DNA of 64,000 nt from an uncultured Candidatus Sumerlaeota bacterium (GTDB lineage Bacteria; CAYMEV01): assembly GCA_964389675.1 (NCBI GenBank), contig CAYMEV010000003.1, positions 129,109 to 193,108 of the forward strand, in the 5' to 3' direction. Positions 31,701 to 41,328 of the stretch are shown here, in pieces. The notes below the pieces were generated by a model. It searched no databases, was not told the origin of the DNA, and worked only from the letters and a program-made list of their open reading frames with translations. Position 1 is the stretch's first letter, and each line of letters opens with the position of its first letter. A program made the position numbers and the translations under genes.

Positions 31701-34234
31701 ATAGCCTTTCCTTCAGTATTTACGACTATACCGCTTAAATTATTTACTTTCCCGCTTCTGATATTGTCAATGTCATCTTTTTTGATGCCCAGATAGATAT
31801 CATAGGGATTCACAAGGACAGAAACAGAATCGTCCACTGTCCTTCCGCCTGCCTGCTCCTCGATCTCAGCCTTTATATCGATTTTCGAGTACTGCTTTAT
31901 TCCGTAATTGTTCAGGTCGATCTTAATTTCAGCTGTGCCTCCACTGTCAAGGCTGTCTGTAAACCTGAAAAGCTCTACAGGCTTAATATCATCAAAATCG
32001 GAATAACCGAAGCTGTATTCATTAAATCCCCGGATCGACAGCTCAGCGGGGGACAGATAGCCGTGCAGACTGTAGCTGCCGTTTGAAACAGGCGCTCCGA
32101 ATAGATAGAGCCCTTTAAGAGTGAGCTCTATGATGTCCCTGGATGTCAGGGCTTCTCTTACAGTGTTCAGCAGGGTTTGTATCCTCTGCGGTATGAACTC
32201 CTCTATCTGTATTGTCAACTTGCCTATATCGATTTTACCTATTTTGAAGCCGGCATAATAATACCCTGTTTCCTGATAATCTGATGTTTTCCACTGGTAT
32301 TCGACTGTCCCCTGGCTGTCCAGAGGCCTGGCAAGCGATGTTACAAGCCTGTGGCTTGAATCCTTTATTTCCATTTTAACAGGAACCTTGTCGACAGTGG
32401 TGAACTGATTCAGGTCCCTCTTCCTTACTATTCCGCCGAAATTAACCGTATCTCCGGGCCTGAACAGATTTCTCTCCGAGAAGAAATATGAATTGTAGTC
32501 TCCCTTAAGGATAGGGAAGCCGTGTGTCTTGTATTCTGAAAGGTCAATAGACTGAGTATAGATGTCAATGAAGGAAAAATCATTATCCTGACGTGCAAAG
32601 ACTATGAAGGGTATCCCTACGGTATCCGTGTATTCCTTCAGCCCTTTGAAAATGACCTTTCCATCCTTATCAGTGCTGTCTTCTGCCAGCTGCTGGTTAT
32701 TAAGGGAAAAGAGGGAAACATCCACATTACTCTGGGGTTTACCGGATTCAAGTGAGACTGCCCATACAAAGAGCTTATCCTCAGCAAGTTTTGAGATCAG
32801 CCCTATGTCTGTGATGCATAACCACATGGAATCCCTGGTATGATAATTTTCCTCAGAGGAAAGGATGATATGATAGAACCCATTATCTGCATTATCTATC
32901 AATTCTGAGAAATTCAGGTAATGGGTGTGTTTTTGATTTGGCCTGTAATCCAGGCTTATATCCTTATCAAGCATCTTGAATGAGATCTTTTCATCAGGCG
33001 ACCCAAGGTTCCCGCTCCATTCCTTGTAGAAATTAAACAGAACGGGAATATTATTATCAAATATCCTGTAAACCTTTATATTGACCTTATCAAGGTTCCT
33101 GTATGAAAATTTAAGAGTCTTCTTCCCGTTTTTCCTGATGAATGTGCCCTTCTCTTCGAATCCTACCATCTGGCTGAAATTCCTGAACTTTACATCCTGT
33201 GAGATACCGTTTAATAAAATGTTGTTGTTTCTGCTTAGAAGCCCCGGCTTAATATTTAAGTTCACTCTGGTTTCAGGTGTAAAATCGCCCTCTATGATAA
33301 CTGAATAATAATTTGACTTCATGCTTGTTGTGATATCCGGTTTTATCTCTATAAAGCCTTCCAGGTCTTCATCATCAATGATATCAGAAAAATTGAGTAT
33401 TAAATTGTATTTATCACCAACCTCCTGCAGGTCGTAGTTATAGAACATAAGGCTTGTATTTGATGGAATATCTATGGCTTTTACATAATCTGCCTTAAGA
33501 TCCAGGTCATCATAGTACTGGCTTTGGACACCCTTGGAAACATGGATATAAACAGGGTGCTTGTAGGTCTTCAGGTCAAACGGGGGATTTGTGACCCTTA
33601 GTCTGACTGAATCAGTACTGTATGATTCAATTGTATATGGTATCTGAATATTATCCTTTGTCTTTATGAATATCTTCTCAGACAGGAATTTTGGCGATAT
33701 GGTGAAATTGAAATCGACTGCTATCCTTATAAGCCTGTCTTTCCTGTTTATCTGGTATATATAGGCATCCCTGACCAAGGGTGCTGTCTTTGCCTTGATA
33801 AAATAATCTGTATCCTGGTCAAGCTTGTAATCCTCACTGCCGATCGTTATGCTGTTATTGAGTGAAAGCTTATAGAGCGTGTCAGTTTTAAGGTCCTTTG
33901 ACAATTCGTATTCAATATGGTTTGCAGAAACTGCAATCCTCTTTGCAAGCATGTCAGGATCTATTTTAAATACAGGCTCCTTCACCAGCAGATTATTATC
34001 TTCATCCGTTATATTCTTATTGAAAGTGATAAGAATGGATGGCTTCAGGCTTTTTTCAATGCCCGGAAAGCTAATTTCCACCTTTAATGCAGGCGGTTCT
34101 TCAACCGGAAGGGAGAATGCCAGCTCAGCATCGCTTTTATCGCTTTCCCGCCTGGTTGACTTTCCGCACTGGATGAAAATAAACAGTGCAATAAAAATAA
34201 CTAATATCGAGATAAAAAACCTTTTAATACTCAT
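28733..34234 (-). CDS. bacterial alpha-2-macroglobulin (YfhM-like) lipoprotein
   Basis: 1833 aa; lipobox-like FIQC; ITDIGL, SERNLFRPGDTV, AVDEGIL; thioester motif PYGCLEQT; MYDP near the C-terminus. Confidence 0.95.
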   Translation of the reverse strand: MSIKRFFISILVIFIALFIFIQCGKSTRRESDKSDAELAFSLPVEEPPALKVEISFPGIEKSLKPSILITFNKNITDEDNNLLVKEPVFKIDPDMLAKRIAVSANHIEYELSKDLKTDTLYKLSLNNSITIGSEDYKLDQDTDYFIKAKTAPLVRDAYIYQINRKDRLIRIAVDFNFTISPKFLSEKIFIKTKDNIQIPYTIESYSTDSVRLRVTNPPFDLKTYKHPVYIHVSKGVQSQYYDDLDLKADYVKAIDIPSNTSLMFYNYDLQEVGDKYNLILNFSDIIDDEDLEGFIEIKPDITTSMKSNYYSVIIEGDFTPETRVNLNIKPGLLSRNNNILLNGISQDVKFRNFSQMVGFEEKGTFIRKNGKKTLKFSYRNLDKVNIKVYRIFDNNIPVLFNFYKEWSGNLGSPDEKISFKMLDKDISLDYRPNQKHTHYLNFSELIDNADNGFYHIILSSEENYHTRDSMWLCITDIGLISKLAEDKLFVWAVSLESGKPQSNVDVSLFSLNNQQLAEDSTDKDGKVIFKGLKEYTDTVGIPFIVFARQDNDFSFIDIYTQSIDLSEYKTHGFPILKGDYNSYFFSERNLFRPGDTVNFGGIVRKRDLNQFTTVDKVPVKMEIKDSSHRLVTSLARPLDSQGTVEYQWKTSDYQETGYYYAGFKIGKIDIGKLTIQIEEFIPQRIQTLLNTVREALTSRDIIELTLKGLYLFGAPVSNGSYSLHGYLSPAELSIRGFNEYSFGYSDFDDIKPVELFRFTDSLDSGGTAEIKIDLNNYGIKQYSKIDIKAEIEEQAGGRTVDDSVSVLVNPYDIYLGIKKDDIDNIRSGKVNNLSGIVVNTEGKAIEDERDIDISVFHIEHRYIYYYDTNYGRHRYRFEEIENLIKRDSIKSENGKFSFDFNSRNYWGAYRITLTDRDTGSVTECTKYPWWWGYGTTADKNKAPYYIDLTLDKENALPGEKVEMVLNSPFNGRMLMTIDSDDVLLSEWHDIKKGHNTINFRVPPKSKDYNNVYVSAFIINSEYNYGSVPLRALGMANIAIRHDDNKLDVRLSHPEVIKPNTSLEIEYEIKNLGNEGRIAVFAVDEGILQIRKFMTPDPYAFFFSKTALGVKLNDILGMIMPEFTELYTGKTGYGDFEEMPPVPEEGDRGRIMRVKPLAFWSGFNTVSKDGKGTIAFDIPNFLGKVRVMAVAVSDGKFGSYEGFTIIRDKIQVISTMPRFLLAGDIFEIPITVVNSTGEDGEFSIDISAENIKIISFEDSRIPIKDNESKIIIAKASPEGNLGFSEIKIQAEGNGERTSAETTIPILPNSPSVTEYHLVECSKGETSLDSYTKGWAPEFERTFITLTSLVYSKELGYLKYLIRYPYGCLEQTISTAFPLLYLKDIDTVKEINEYLKDRDINQLILSAVSKVISMRIGDSGFGMWPSTRNVNSWVSVYATHFLYEANARGFLVDQSVLNSLADYITGTINIEDDKIHSISTRAYGYYVLSLMKKTRQNDIDFFLQRYRDRLLPESIAFIAGAYANIGNISMAKELISSDLNLNKGVNLTENDRNELQLFFYSELRQKGIILNVLMDMGQFADTELRDQLMLKIVQDLRTRKYVYYYSTQELVWSLRAFVKLLEQNKASGDEQFEGYLYKDGKEILSFTHGQRTVFGSGLTGHDLKILNKKDRPFYALLAIEGIKPGVQFTKYAQGIEIKRVFYDEAGNLLNQDDMLNLKQGQEIWAKIVIIAQSRFRNAAVTDRIGAGFEIENPRLTEQVLPSWIKPKDIYNPAHIDIKDHQISFFGDIHPGMDTAIFYKLKALTKGRFLIPPVSIEIMYDPTTRASDSAMNAEIK

Positions 34235-34628
34235 ATACTATCAAGCTCCTTTTAAAAATTACTTATTTGCAAAACATATATAGGATTTATTCTATCACAA
34301 ATAATGACTGCATCAAAAATAAATAGAATCTTTTCAACTGGCTGGCAGGATAAAAAACTAAAACATAAAGCATAAAATGCAAAAAGCCTGGAATCATGTT
34401 TTATTTTATTACTGGAGCATTACCTCATAAAAGCCGGGTTTCAGAGGCTGTTCTGTATATCTGGGTGGAATTAAGAGGAGCAGGCATGAAGGATTGCGGG
34501 GAGATGGCTTCTGGTGGGCCCACCTGGTTCCTATACATTAGGCTTAATGAAAGAATTAGCAATAGAAAAATCCTTTCGTCTTCGGTTTACCGCATAATGT
34601 AAGGGCATTTAATTCGAATAGAAAAAAA

Positions 34629-34657
34629 TTTACAAACCATAGCACTTTCCATATATT
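34629..34657 (+). promoter_or_regulatory. putative sigma70 promoter of CDF transporter
   Basis: TTTACA-17 nt-TATATT upstream of SD AGGAGG and the ATG at 34691. Confidence 0.4.
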
Positions 34658-34690
34658 ATATAAGCAGCTGTTTTTTAGGAGGGCTTATAG

Positions 34691-35593
34691 ATGAATATCG
34701 AGCAATGGCAGCATAGTCATTCGTTTGGCAAAAATAAAGAGCAGATCGAAAAGAAAACACTCATTGTTGTCCTGATAACTTTTGCAATGATGATTGCTGA
34801 AATAGCAGCTGGACTGTTATCTAATTCCATGGCCCTTTTTGCTGACGGCGTTCATATGGGAACTCATGCTTTTGCATTGGGGATATCTTTCTTTGCATAT
34901 ATTCTGGCAAGAAAATATTCTAAAAATCAAAAATTTGTATTTGGTACATGGAAAATTGAGATCTTAGGTGCTTATACAAGTGCACTTCTTCTTGGAGTAG
35001 TAGCCATCATGATGACCTATTCGTCTATTGAAAGAATTATCCGTCCCAAGGTTATATTTTATAATGAAGCCCTCATTGTGGCAGTCATCGGCCTTCTGGT
35101 AAACCTGGCCTGTGCTTATATACTCCATTCGAGTACAGGTCATCATGAACATGAACATCATGCTTCTGATCATGATCATGAGGATCTGAACCTGAAGTCA
35201 GCATATCTGCATGTCATAGCAGATGCTTTAACATCTGTATTTGCAATCGTTGCTTTAATAAGTGCAAAGTATTTCAATTTACAGTTTTTAGATCCGGTAA
35301 TGGGAATTGTCGGAGCTTTTCTCATAATGAGATGGTCATTATCATTATTGAAAGATTCATCAAAAATTCTTCTGGATTACAATGTAAACCAGCCTTTGGC
35401 CAATAAGATAAAGGAGATTATAGAGTCAGACGAAGAAACCAAAATTACTGACCTGCATCTATGGAAGGTGGCTGATAACAGCTATTCATGTATAATTGCA
35501 CTTGTTTCGGACAATGATCAGTCGATAGAGGATTATAAGAACAGACTTCACGTTTTGAAAGAGCTGGCACATGTAACTGTCGAGATTAACTGA
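34691..35593 (+). CDS. dmeF: CDF family Co/Ni/Zn efflux transporter (DmeF-like)
   Basis: WQHSHSF N-terminus, SMALFADGVHMGTH, FGTWKIEILGAY, His-rich loop HHEHEHHASDHDHED, NLKSAYLHVIADALTS, DLHLW. Confidence 0.88.
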   Translation: MNIEQWQHSHSFGKNKEQIEKKTLIVVLITFAMMIAEIAAGLLSNSMALFADGVHMGTHAFALGISFFAYILARKYSKNQKFVFGTWKIEILGAYTSALLLGVVAIMMTYSSIERIIRPKVIFYNEALIVAVIGLLVNLACAYILHSSTGHHEHEHHASDHDHEDLNLKSAYLHVIADALTSVFAIVALISAKYFNLQFLDPVMGIVGAFLIMRWSLSLLKDSSKILLDYNVNQPLANKIKEIIESDEETKITDLHLWKVADNSYSCIIALVSDNDQSIEDYKNRLHVLKELAHVTVEIN

Positions 35594-35735
35594 AAGGTTC
35601 AGGATAAACCGCTGTCCGGTACAGCAATTTCTGGTTGCTACAGCCTTCAGGCTGACGAAGTAGGGCAAAGGCACCTAAAGCAGCATAACAGCTTCATTGC
35701 CGGTAAGAACCGTCTGAATTGCAGAGAAAAACCAA

Positions 35736-36422
35736 ATGCTTAATAAAAGTGAAATGAAAAGCCTTATTATAAAAGTCATTATGAGATTTTCACTTTTCCC
35801 GGTCTTTATTGGTGTAATTACTCTATTACCGGCAGGTACATTTAATTACTGGCAGGTATATGTCTATACTGCGTTCATTTTTATTCCAATGATATTTACC
35901 CTTTTATATTTCCTGAAAAATGATCCACAGCTTTTAGAGCGAAGAACAAGAACAAAAGAAAAGGAAAAAGCACAGAGAATTATACAGATAGCTTATTCAC
36001 TGCTTTTTTTATCAGCTTTTATTATCTCCGGATTTGACCGGCGTTTTGCCTGGTCAAGCATTCCGCCCTGTTTAGTGCTCCTGGCAGATCTTGTTTGTTT
36101 CTCTGGATATCTTATGGTCTTCTTTGTATTTAAGCAGAACAGTTATGCATCCAGAGTGGTTGAAGTAGACGAAGGTCAGGAAGTAATATCTACCGGGCTA
36201 TACAGTATTGTGCGACATCCGATGTATGCAGGCATTATTATAATGGGGATTCCAATACCAGTTGCGCTTGGTTCCTGGTGGGCTTTGATACCGATAGCTT
36301 TGATGCCCGTTACAATAATGGCTAGGATATTAAACGAAGAATCTGTATTAATAAGGGAATTGCCCGGGTATAGAGAATACTGCCAAAAGACAAAATATCG
36401 GCTGATACCATTTGTATGGTAG
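35736..36422 (+). CDS. isoprenylcysteine carboxyl methyltransferase (ICMT/PEMT) family membrane protein
   Basis: VISTGLYSIVRHPMYAG, RILNEESVL, YRLIPFVW. Confidence 0.88.
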   Translation: MLNKSEMKSLIIKVIMRFSLFPVFIGVITLLPAGTFNYWQVYVYTAFIFIPMIFTLLYFLKNDPQLLERRTRTKEKEKAQRIIQIAYSLLFLSAFIISGFDRRFAWSSIPPCLVLLADLVCFSGYLMVFFVFKQNSYASRVVEVDEGQEVISTGLYSIVRHPMYAGIIIMGIPIPVALGSWWALIPIALMPVTIMARILNEESVLIRELPGYREYCQKTKYRLIPFVW

Positions 36423-36572
36423 ACTATATTGCCGCTTGCAGTTGAAAGAATGGCCTTATGCATGGTGACAGGCAGGGAATGTCTCTTAATCCGGAATATC
36501 AGGTTTAACGCGTAGACATTATCTTAAGCTGTAATAAAGCCTGTGAAGAAAGGGATGCAGTCTCTGGATCTG

Positions 36573-39500
36573 TTATTTATCCATTGAAAGCTCTTTGAGC
36601 CTCTTTTTAAATTCGTACCTCGAAGTTTCCTTGAATTGATCCATATTTAACTCTTCTGCTTTGTCCCTGTATTCTGCTTTATTTGTAATTTTCCACAATT
36701 CATAGTAAATAACGGCAGTTTTTGCCTGGTCTGAGCTATTTTCCTGAAGCATCCTGATCAGGGCTTTAATATTCCCGTCTATACTATGTTTGAGAACCAG
36801 GGCGCTGAAGAGCACATCGTACCGTTCTATCTCACGGGCAATCAATATTGCTTCATCAAGCCTGTCAGGAATATCCTGCTTCCTGCCCATCAGGTGCAGC
36901 AGCTCAGAGATATGCAGTAAATAACTGCATAAATTATACTTAAAACCAATATCCCCGGCAATCCCTGCGGCTTTTTCAAAATGCTTCAGTGCTTGCTTGT
37001 AATTACCCTTCTCCATGTGGATCAGGCCGAAATTATCATGTGCCCTGCCTATCTGGTCTGTGTGCTTGATCTCCTTAGAGATTTCCATGTGCTTTATAAA
37101 ATTCAGCATTGCATTATCAGGGTCGCCCTGAGCCAGGAAAGCACTGCCGGTATTATGATAGGCATATAAAGACTCGTATTTATACCCGTTCTCATTGCAT
37201 ATTTCAAGCTGTCTCTTATAAAAATCTATAGCTTTGCCAAAATCATTCCTTTTATAGAAAAGGACGCCTATGTTCCCCAGAGCACCTGCTATCCCGCGTT
37301 TATCACCAATTTCACTGCATATTTTCATCTTTTTCGTATAGAATTCCATGGCTTTTTTGTAATTTCCCCGGTTAAAATAGATTACCCCGATATTTCCGAG
37401 TGCATAGCTGATCCCGGATTTATCTCCTATCTCCTGGCATATTTTCATCTTTTTATTATAGTACTCCATGGCCTTTCTGTAATTTCCCTGGTTGAAACAG
37501 AGGACGCCTATATTCCCGCAGGCATAACTGATGGAATTCTTATCTCCGATCTTTACAGCGATATCAAGTTTTCTTTTCTGGAAAGCAAAAGCTTTTTTAT
37601 AATTACCCTGGTCTGAATAAATGTTTGCAATGAGGCCGTAGGCTATGCTCATCATCCCCATGTCTCCCAGTGCCCTGCTGCAGTCAAGGTGCTTTTTGTA
37701 CCACTCCATGGCATTATCGTATTCACCCCTGTAATAGCATATATTGCCAAGGTTATTATAGACTGAATTTAACTCTGCCCTGTTACCTGTCTCCGTGGCA
37801 ATCTTGAGTTTTTTTAGCTGGTAATCCTTGGCTCTGCTGTAATCTCCTAGATTTATGAATACTGCTCCCAGATTGCCGGTTGCCCTTCCAATGCCTGTAT
37901 AATCATCAATGGACCTGTAGATATTGAGGCTTCTCTCATAATATTTCTGAGCCTCTTTATAATTGCACTGGTGCAGGTAAGCTGTCCCTATGTTTTCGTA
38001 GGATATTGCTGACCCTTTTTTATTATCAGTCATTTTGCATATCTCAAGGTTCTTTGAATGGTAAATTATGGCTTTGGTGTAGTTTCCCTGAAGGTTGTGG
38101 GCATACCCGATATTGCTGAAGGCTGTTCCCAGGCCGTTTAAATATCCGGAATCATCGGCAATTTTCAGAGACCTGCCTAAAAGCTTCCTCGCTTCCCTGA
38201 TCCTGCCTTTTTTTATCATGGTCTCAGCTATGGCATTCATACAGTCGACAGAAGTTTTTGTTTTCCGGTTTTTTTCTGAAAGGCTGAGTGCCTTTTTCAG
38301 TGTCCTGACAGCCTCATTCCACATTCCGGCGGACTGCATGATAATCCCTGTCCTTATGAGTATGTCAATTCTTTTATCAATATCATCATTGAGATAATCA
38401 AGGAGTTTCTTATAGAAGAATACGGCTTTCTCATTGTGATAATTGCCGGCTGATTTCCTGCCGGCAAGTTCAAGGAAAATAACGGCTTTTTGCCTGTTTT
38501 CCGCTTTATCATAATGCTGAGCAAGCTCTTCATAATGCTCTGGCAGATTGCCTGCGCGGACTTCCTCAATAATACTGCCTGCAAGGCCGTGAAGCCTTCT
38601 TAACCTCTCCTTCAGCTGTATTTCATATACTGCATCCCTTATGAGGGCATGCCTGAATATGCATCTGAGCTCAGAGGCCTTGCTCCATATATGTTCCTTC
38701 TGGCCCTTCTTAATTTTTTCAGAAAAATCCATTTCGCTCTCATTGAGCTTTACTGCAGAAAGAAGCCTTTCAAGGACTTTGAGCCCGAACTCCCTTCCAA
38801 GTACGGATGCTGTCTTTATGGTCTCTTTAAGCTCTGCTGAAAGCCTGTCTATACGGGCAAGTATTATCTGGCTGACCTTTGAGGGAATCCTGGTGTTTTC
38901 CCTTTTGAGCCTGTAATTACTGCCGAGCAGTTTATTTTCCGCAAGGTACATTATTATCTGTTCTGCAAAGAACGGAATACCCTCGCTCTTCTTCCAGACA
39001 AATTCGACAGTTGAATCATCTGCCTTTTCAGTTACCAGTTTTTTTAAAAGGAGCTGCCGGATATGCTCCCTGCTGAACACGCCGAGCCTTATCCTCTCAG
39101 TTCTTATGGGAAGGCTTCTGTGAATGTCCGGGATATTCACACCATCATTATCCCTGCATACGGCTGTAACTGCAACAGGGTAATTTTCAGCTGAAATCAG
39201 GAGGGACCTTAGCAAAAAAAGACTGTCATTATCTGCCCATTGCGCATCTTCAAGGACTATTAGAATAGGCTTTATTGATGCAGCCGTTTTAAAAAACCTG
39301 ATGACAGCAAAGACCGTGTTATCATAGCGCCCCTTGGCATCAAGCCGGAGGCTTATCTGATCACTGTAATCAAGGCCGATCATCGCACCGATCAATGGCC
39401 GGCAGTCCTCAATGCTGTCATTAGTATCATCTCTGAATTTATTTTCCAGAAACTCATCGAAAGCCCTTTCAAAACGGTCCCTGTTCTGATTTTCTGAATA

Positions 39501-41015
39501 TGATTCACTCTGGTTAAAAAAGGCCCTGAAAAAATGAATAAAAGGGTTGAAAGGCTTTTTTAATATCTCATCGCAGGGGAGATAGAATACATTACAGCCC
39601 CGGATATTATCTGTAAAATTTTCAATGAGGGCTGTCTTGCCAATACCTGCAGGGCCTGTTATATATATAAGGCCTGCCTGACTGCCTTTGAAAACAGGTT
39701 TTAAGAACTTTGCCAGCTCTGCAGTTTCATCCTGCCTGCCTATAAACTTTCCTTTAAAGAAGCCTGCAGTTCCAAATGCCTGCTTTGATCTCAGGCTGAA
39801 AACATCAGTCTTTTGCTTAAAGCCCTTAAAGAGCCTTGACCCTTCCGGCTCAGCGTCAAAATATGCAGGCAGTTCGGCTGCAAAGGATCTGTCAGCTGAT
39901 ATCCCCATCCAGGATGTATCCATCATGATCCTTGAGGAAAGATTGACAACATTTCCAAATGCTGTATATTCCTGCCTGATATCTGAACCTATAAAACCAG
40001 CAAAGGCAATGCCTGATGAAAGGCCGGCCCTGAAGGCAAATCCTCTGATCTTCCTCAGGCTAAGCGCAAAATCAGCAGCCCGCTGATAAAGCCTGTCCAT
40101 TGCTTTCGGAGCACCGAAGAGCACAAGGATCGTACCACCCTTGTCGCCGAAATCTATACGGTTAAAGTACCCGCCAAATATCCTGCAGTTTCTGATTACC
40201 TGTGCCAGGGCTTTCAGATAGCATCCCTTCTCCTTGAAATTAATAAAGCAGGAAACAATATCCCTGAATTCCCCCCTGTCTCTCAGTTCAAAAACAGGTT
40301 CCGGAATAAACTGAGATTCAGCCTGGCGAGGGACAGCGATTCTTTTTATTTTTCTGCGGCCGGGTATTCTTAAAGAAGCTGGAGATAACCTGTACCAGTG
40401 ATCTCCAATACTGCTTTTATCAATACTTGCTGATAATTTAGCCATAAAAAGGCTGTCAGCGATGATCTGCATTTCTTTGGCCTGATGCTCAGCTGATGCG
40501 CAGTTATCTACAGCCTCACCCCTGAAGAAGTAAGCCTTCTGGATCCCTGCATCAATTATCCTGAAGAAAACATTTCCAGAGGACAGGCCTATTTTTGCTG
40601 ACAACCTGAATTTGCCGAACCTGGTGATGGTTTTCGTTTTTTTTCTGAAAAGAGAGTTGATTGAAAAAGCTGCATTAAGGACATGCTCTGCCTTTCTCAC
40701 CCTGAATATTGCCGTGAATGCGTCCCCTGCAAAGGATGAAATAAATCCGCCATTTTCATATACAGCCTCAATGGATGGTGCAAAAAATCCATTTATTATT
40801 GAAGAAAGGACCTCTGCACCCTCTTTTCCATGTTTCATGAGATCTTGAGTCATTGCAGTAAAGCCTGATATGTCTATGAACATTGTAAAAGCTGATATTC
40901 TGCCTTTTATGCGGTTTCGGGAGAGATTCTCAGCAATGAAACCCGGGACCAGGTTGAGAGATGACCTGTATCCCTCGTTTTTCTCATGGGGAAAAGTCTT
41001 CTTTTTATCACTCAT
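36573..41015 (-). CDS. tandem class III cyclase - STAND ATPase - TPR protein, second paralogue
   Basis: FIDISGFT...FAGDA; FNRIDFGDKGG...YTAFGNVVNLSSRI; GPAGIGKT, LIVLEDAQW; long 40-aa TPR array. Confidence 0.9.
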   Translation of the reverse strand: MSDKKKTFPHEKNEGYRSSLNLVPGFIAENLSRNRIKGRISAFTMFIDISGFTAMTQDLMKHGKEGAEVLSSIINGFFAPSIEAVYENGGFISSFAGDAFTAIFRVRKAEHVLNAAFSINSLFRKKTKTITRFGKFRLSAKIGLSSGNVFFRIIDAGIQKAYFFRGEAVDNCASAEHQAKEMQIIADSLFMAKLSASIDKSSIGDHWYRLSPASLRIPGRRKIKRIAVPRQAESQFIPEPVFELRDRGEFRDIVSCFINFKEKGCYLKALAQVIRNCRIFGGYFNRIDFGDKGGTILVLFGAPKAMDRLYQRAADFALSLRKIRGFAFRAGLSSGIAFAGFIGSDIRQEYTAFGNVVNLSSRIMMDTSWMGISADRSFAAELPAYFDAEPEGSRLFKGFKQKTDVFSLRSKQAFGTAGFFKGKFIGRQDETAELAKFLKPVFKGSQAGLIYITGPAGIGKTALIENFTDNIRGCNVFYLPCDEILKKPFNPFIHFFRAFFNQSESYSENQNRDRFERAFDEFLENKFRDDTNDSIEDCRPLIGAMIGLDYSDQISLRLDAKGRYDNTVFAVIRFFKTAASIKPILIVLEDAQWADNDSLFLLRSLLISAENYPVAVTAVCRDNDGVNIPDIHRSLPIRTERIRLGVFSREHIRQLLLKKLVTEKADDSTVEFVWKKSEGIPFFAEQIIMYLAENKLLGSNYRLKRENTRIPSKVSQIILARIDRLSAELKETIKTASVLGREFGLKVLERLLSAVKLNESEMDFSEKIKKGQKEHIWSKASELRCIFRHALIRDAVYEIQLKERLRRLHGLAGSIIEEVRAGNLPEHYEELAQHYDKAENRQKAVIFLELAGRKSAGNYHNEKAVFFYKKLLDYLNDDIDKRIDILIRTGIIMQSAGMWNEAVRTLKKALSLSEKNRKTKTSVDCMNAIAETMIKKGRIREARKLLGRSLKIADDSGYLNGLGTAFSNIGYAHNLQGNYTKAIIYHSKNLEICKMTDNKKGSAISYENIGTAYLHQCNYKEAQKYYERSLNIYRSIDDYTGIGRATGNLGAVFINLGDYSRAKDYQLKKLKIATETGNRAELNSVYNNLGNICYYRGEYDNAMEWYKKHLDCSRALGDMGMMSIAYGLIANIYSDQGNYKKAFAFQKRKLDIAVKIGDKNSISYACGNIGVLCFNQGNYRKAMEYYNKKMKICQEIGDKSGISYALGNIGVIYFNRGNYKKAMEFYTKKMKICSEIGDKRGIAGALGNIGVLFYKRNDFGKAIDFYKRQLEICNENGYKYESLYAYHNTGSAFLAQGDPDNAMLNFIKHMEISKEIKHTDQIGRAHDNFGLIHMEKGNYKQALKHFEKAAGIAGDIGFKYNLCSYLLHISELLHLMGRKQDIPDRLDEAILIAREIERYDVLFSALVLKHSIDGNIKALIRMLQENSSDQAKTAVIYYELWKITNKAEYRDKAEELNMDQFKETSRYEFKKRLKELSMDK

Positions 41016-41328
41016 TATACAGGATAATATCTCAAAAACAGCAATAATTGAATAGAAAAATACCGTTAAAAGATTACGAAAACAGGAGATGGATTTTCAG
41101 ATTTTATATGAGTAAACCTGTATAGCTTACCATCATTTTTATATTGAGCCGGTTTCTGATGGCTTAAAGCAAAAACTTCCGCCATCTTTTTTCAGATGGA
41201 TTTTGCTGTTGAACCTGAAATCATTTATATTTTCTTTTAAAAAATTATATTATCAGGTATGATAAAAAATTATTATTATATTTATATTTCATTTTCTTTT
41301 AATAATATTTTAGATTTAGGAGGTTAGT

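Noticed and set aside
26443-34234. alpha-2-macroglobulin/pbpC pair as a novel system
   Set aside because: This is a well-described conserved operon with a canonical CxEQ thioester.
34396-34602. 68 aa ORF upstream of dmeF and the many short antisense or overlapping ORFs in the track
   Set aside because: No SD sites or recognisable motifs; most are shadows of longer genes.
34340-34620. NiCo (czcD) riboswitch upstream of the CDF transporter
   Set aside because: Fragments such as GAGCAGGC and AGCCGGG occur, but in the wrong order and upstream of the likely promoter; I could not build the four-way junction.
35651-35690. Hammerhead ribozyme (CTGACGA core)
   Set aside because: There is no GAAA core after stem II and no closing stems.
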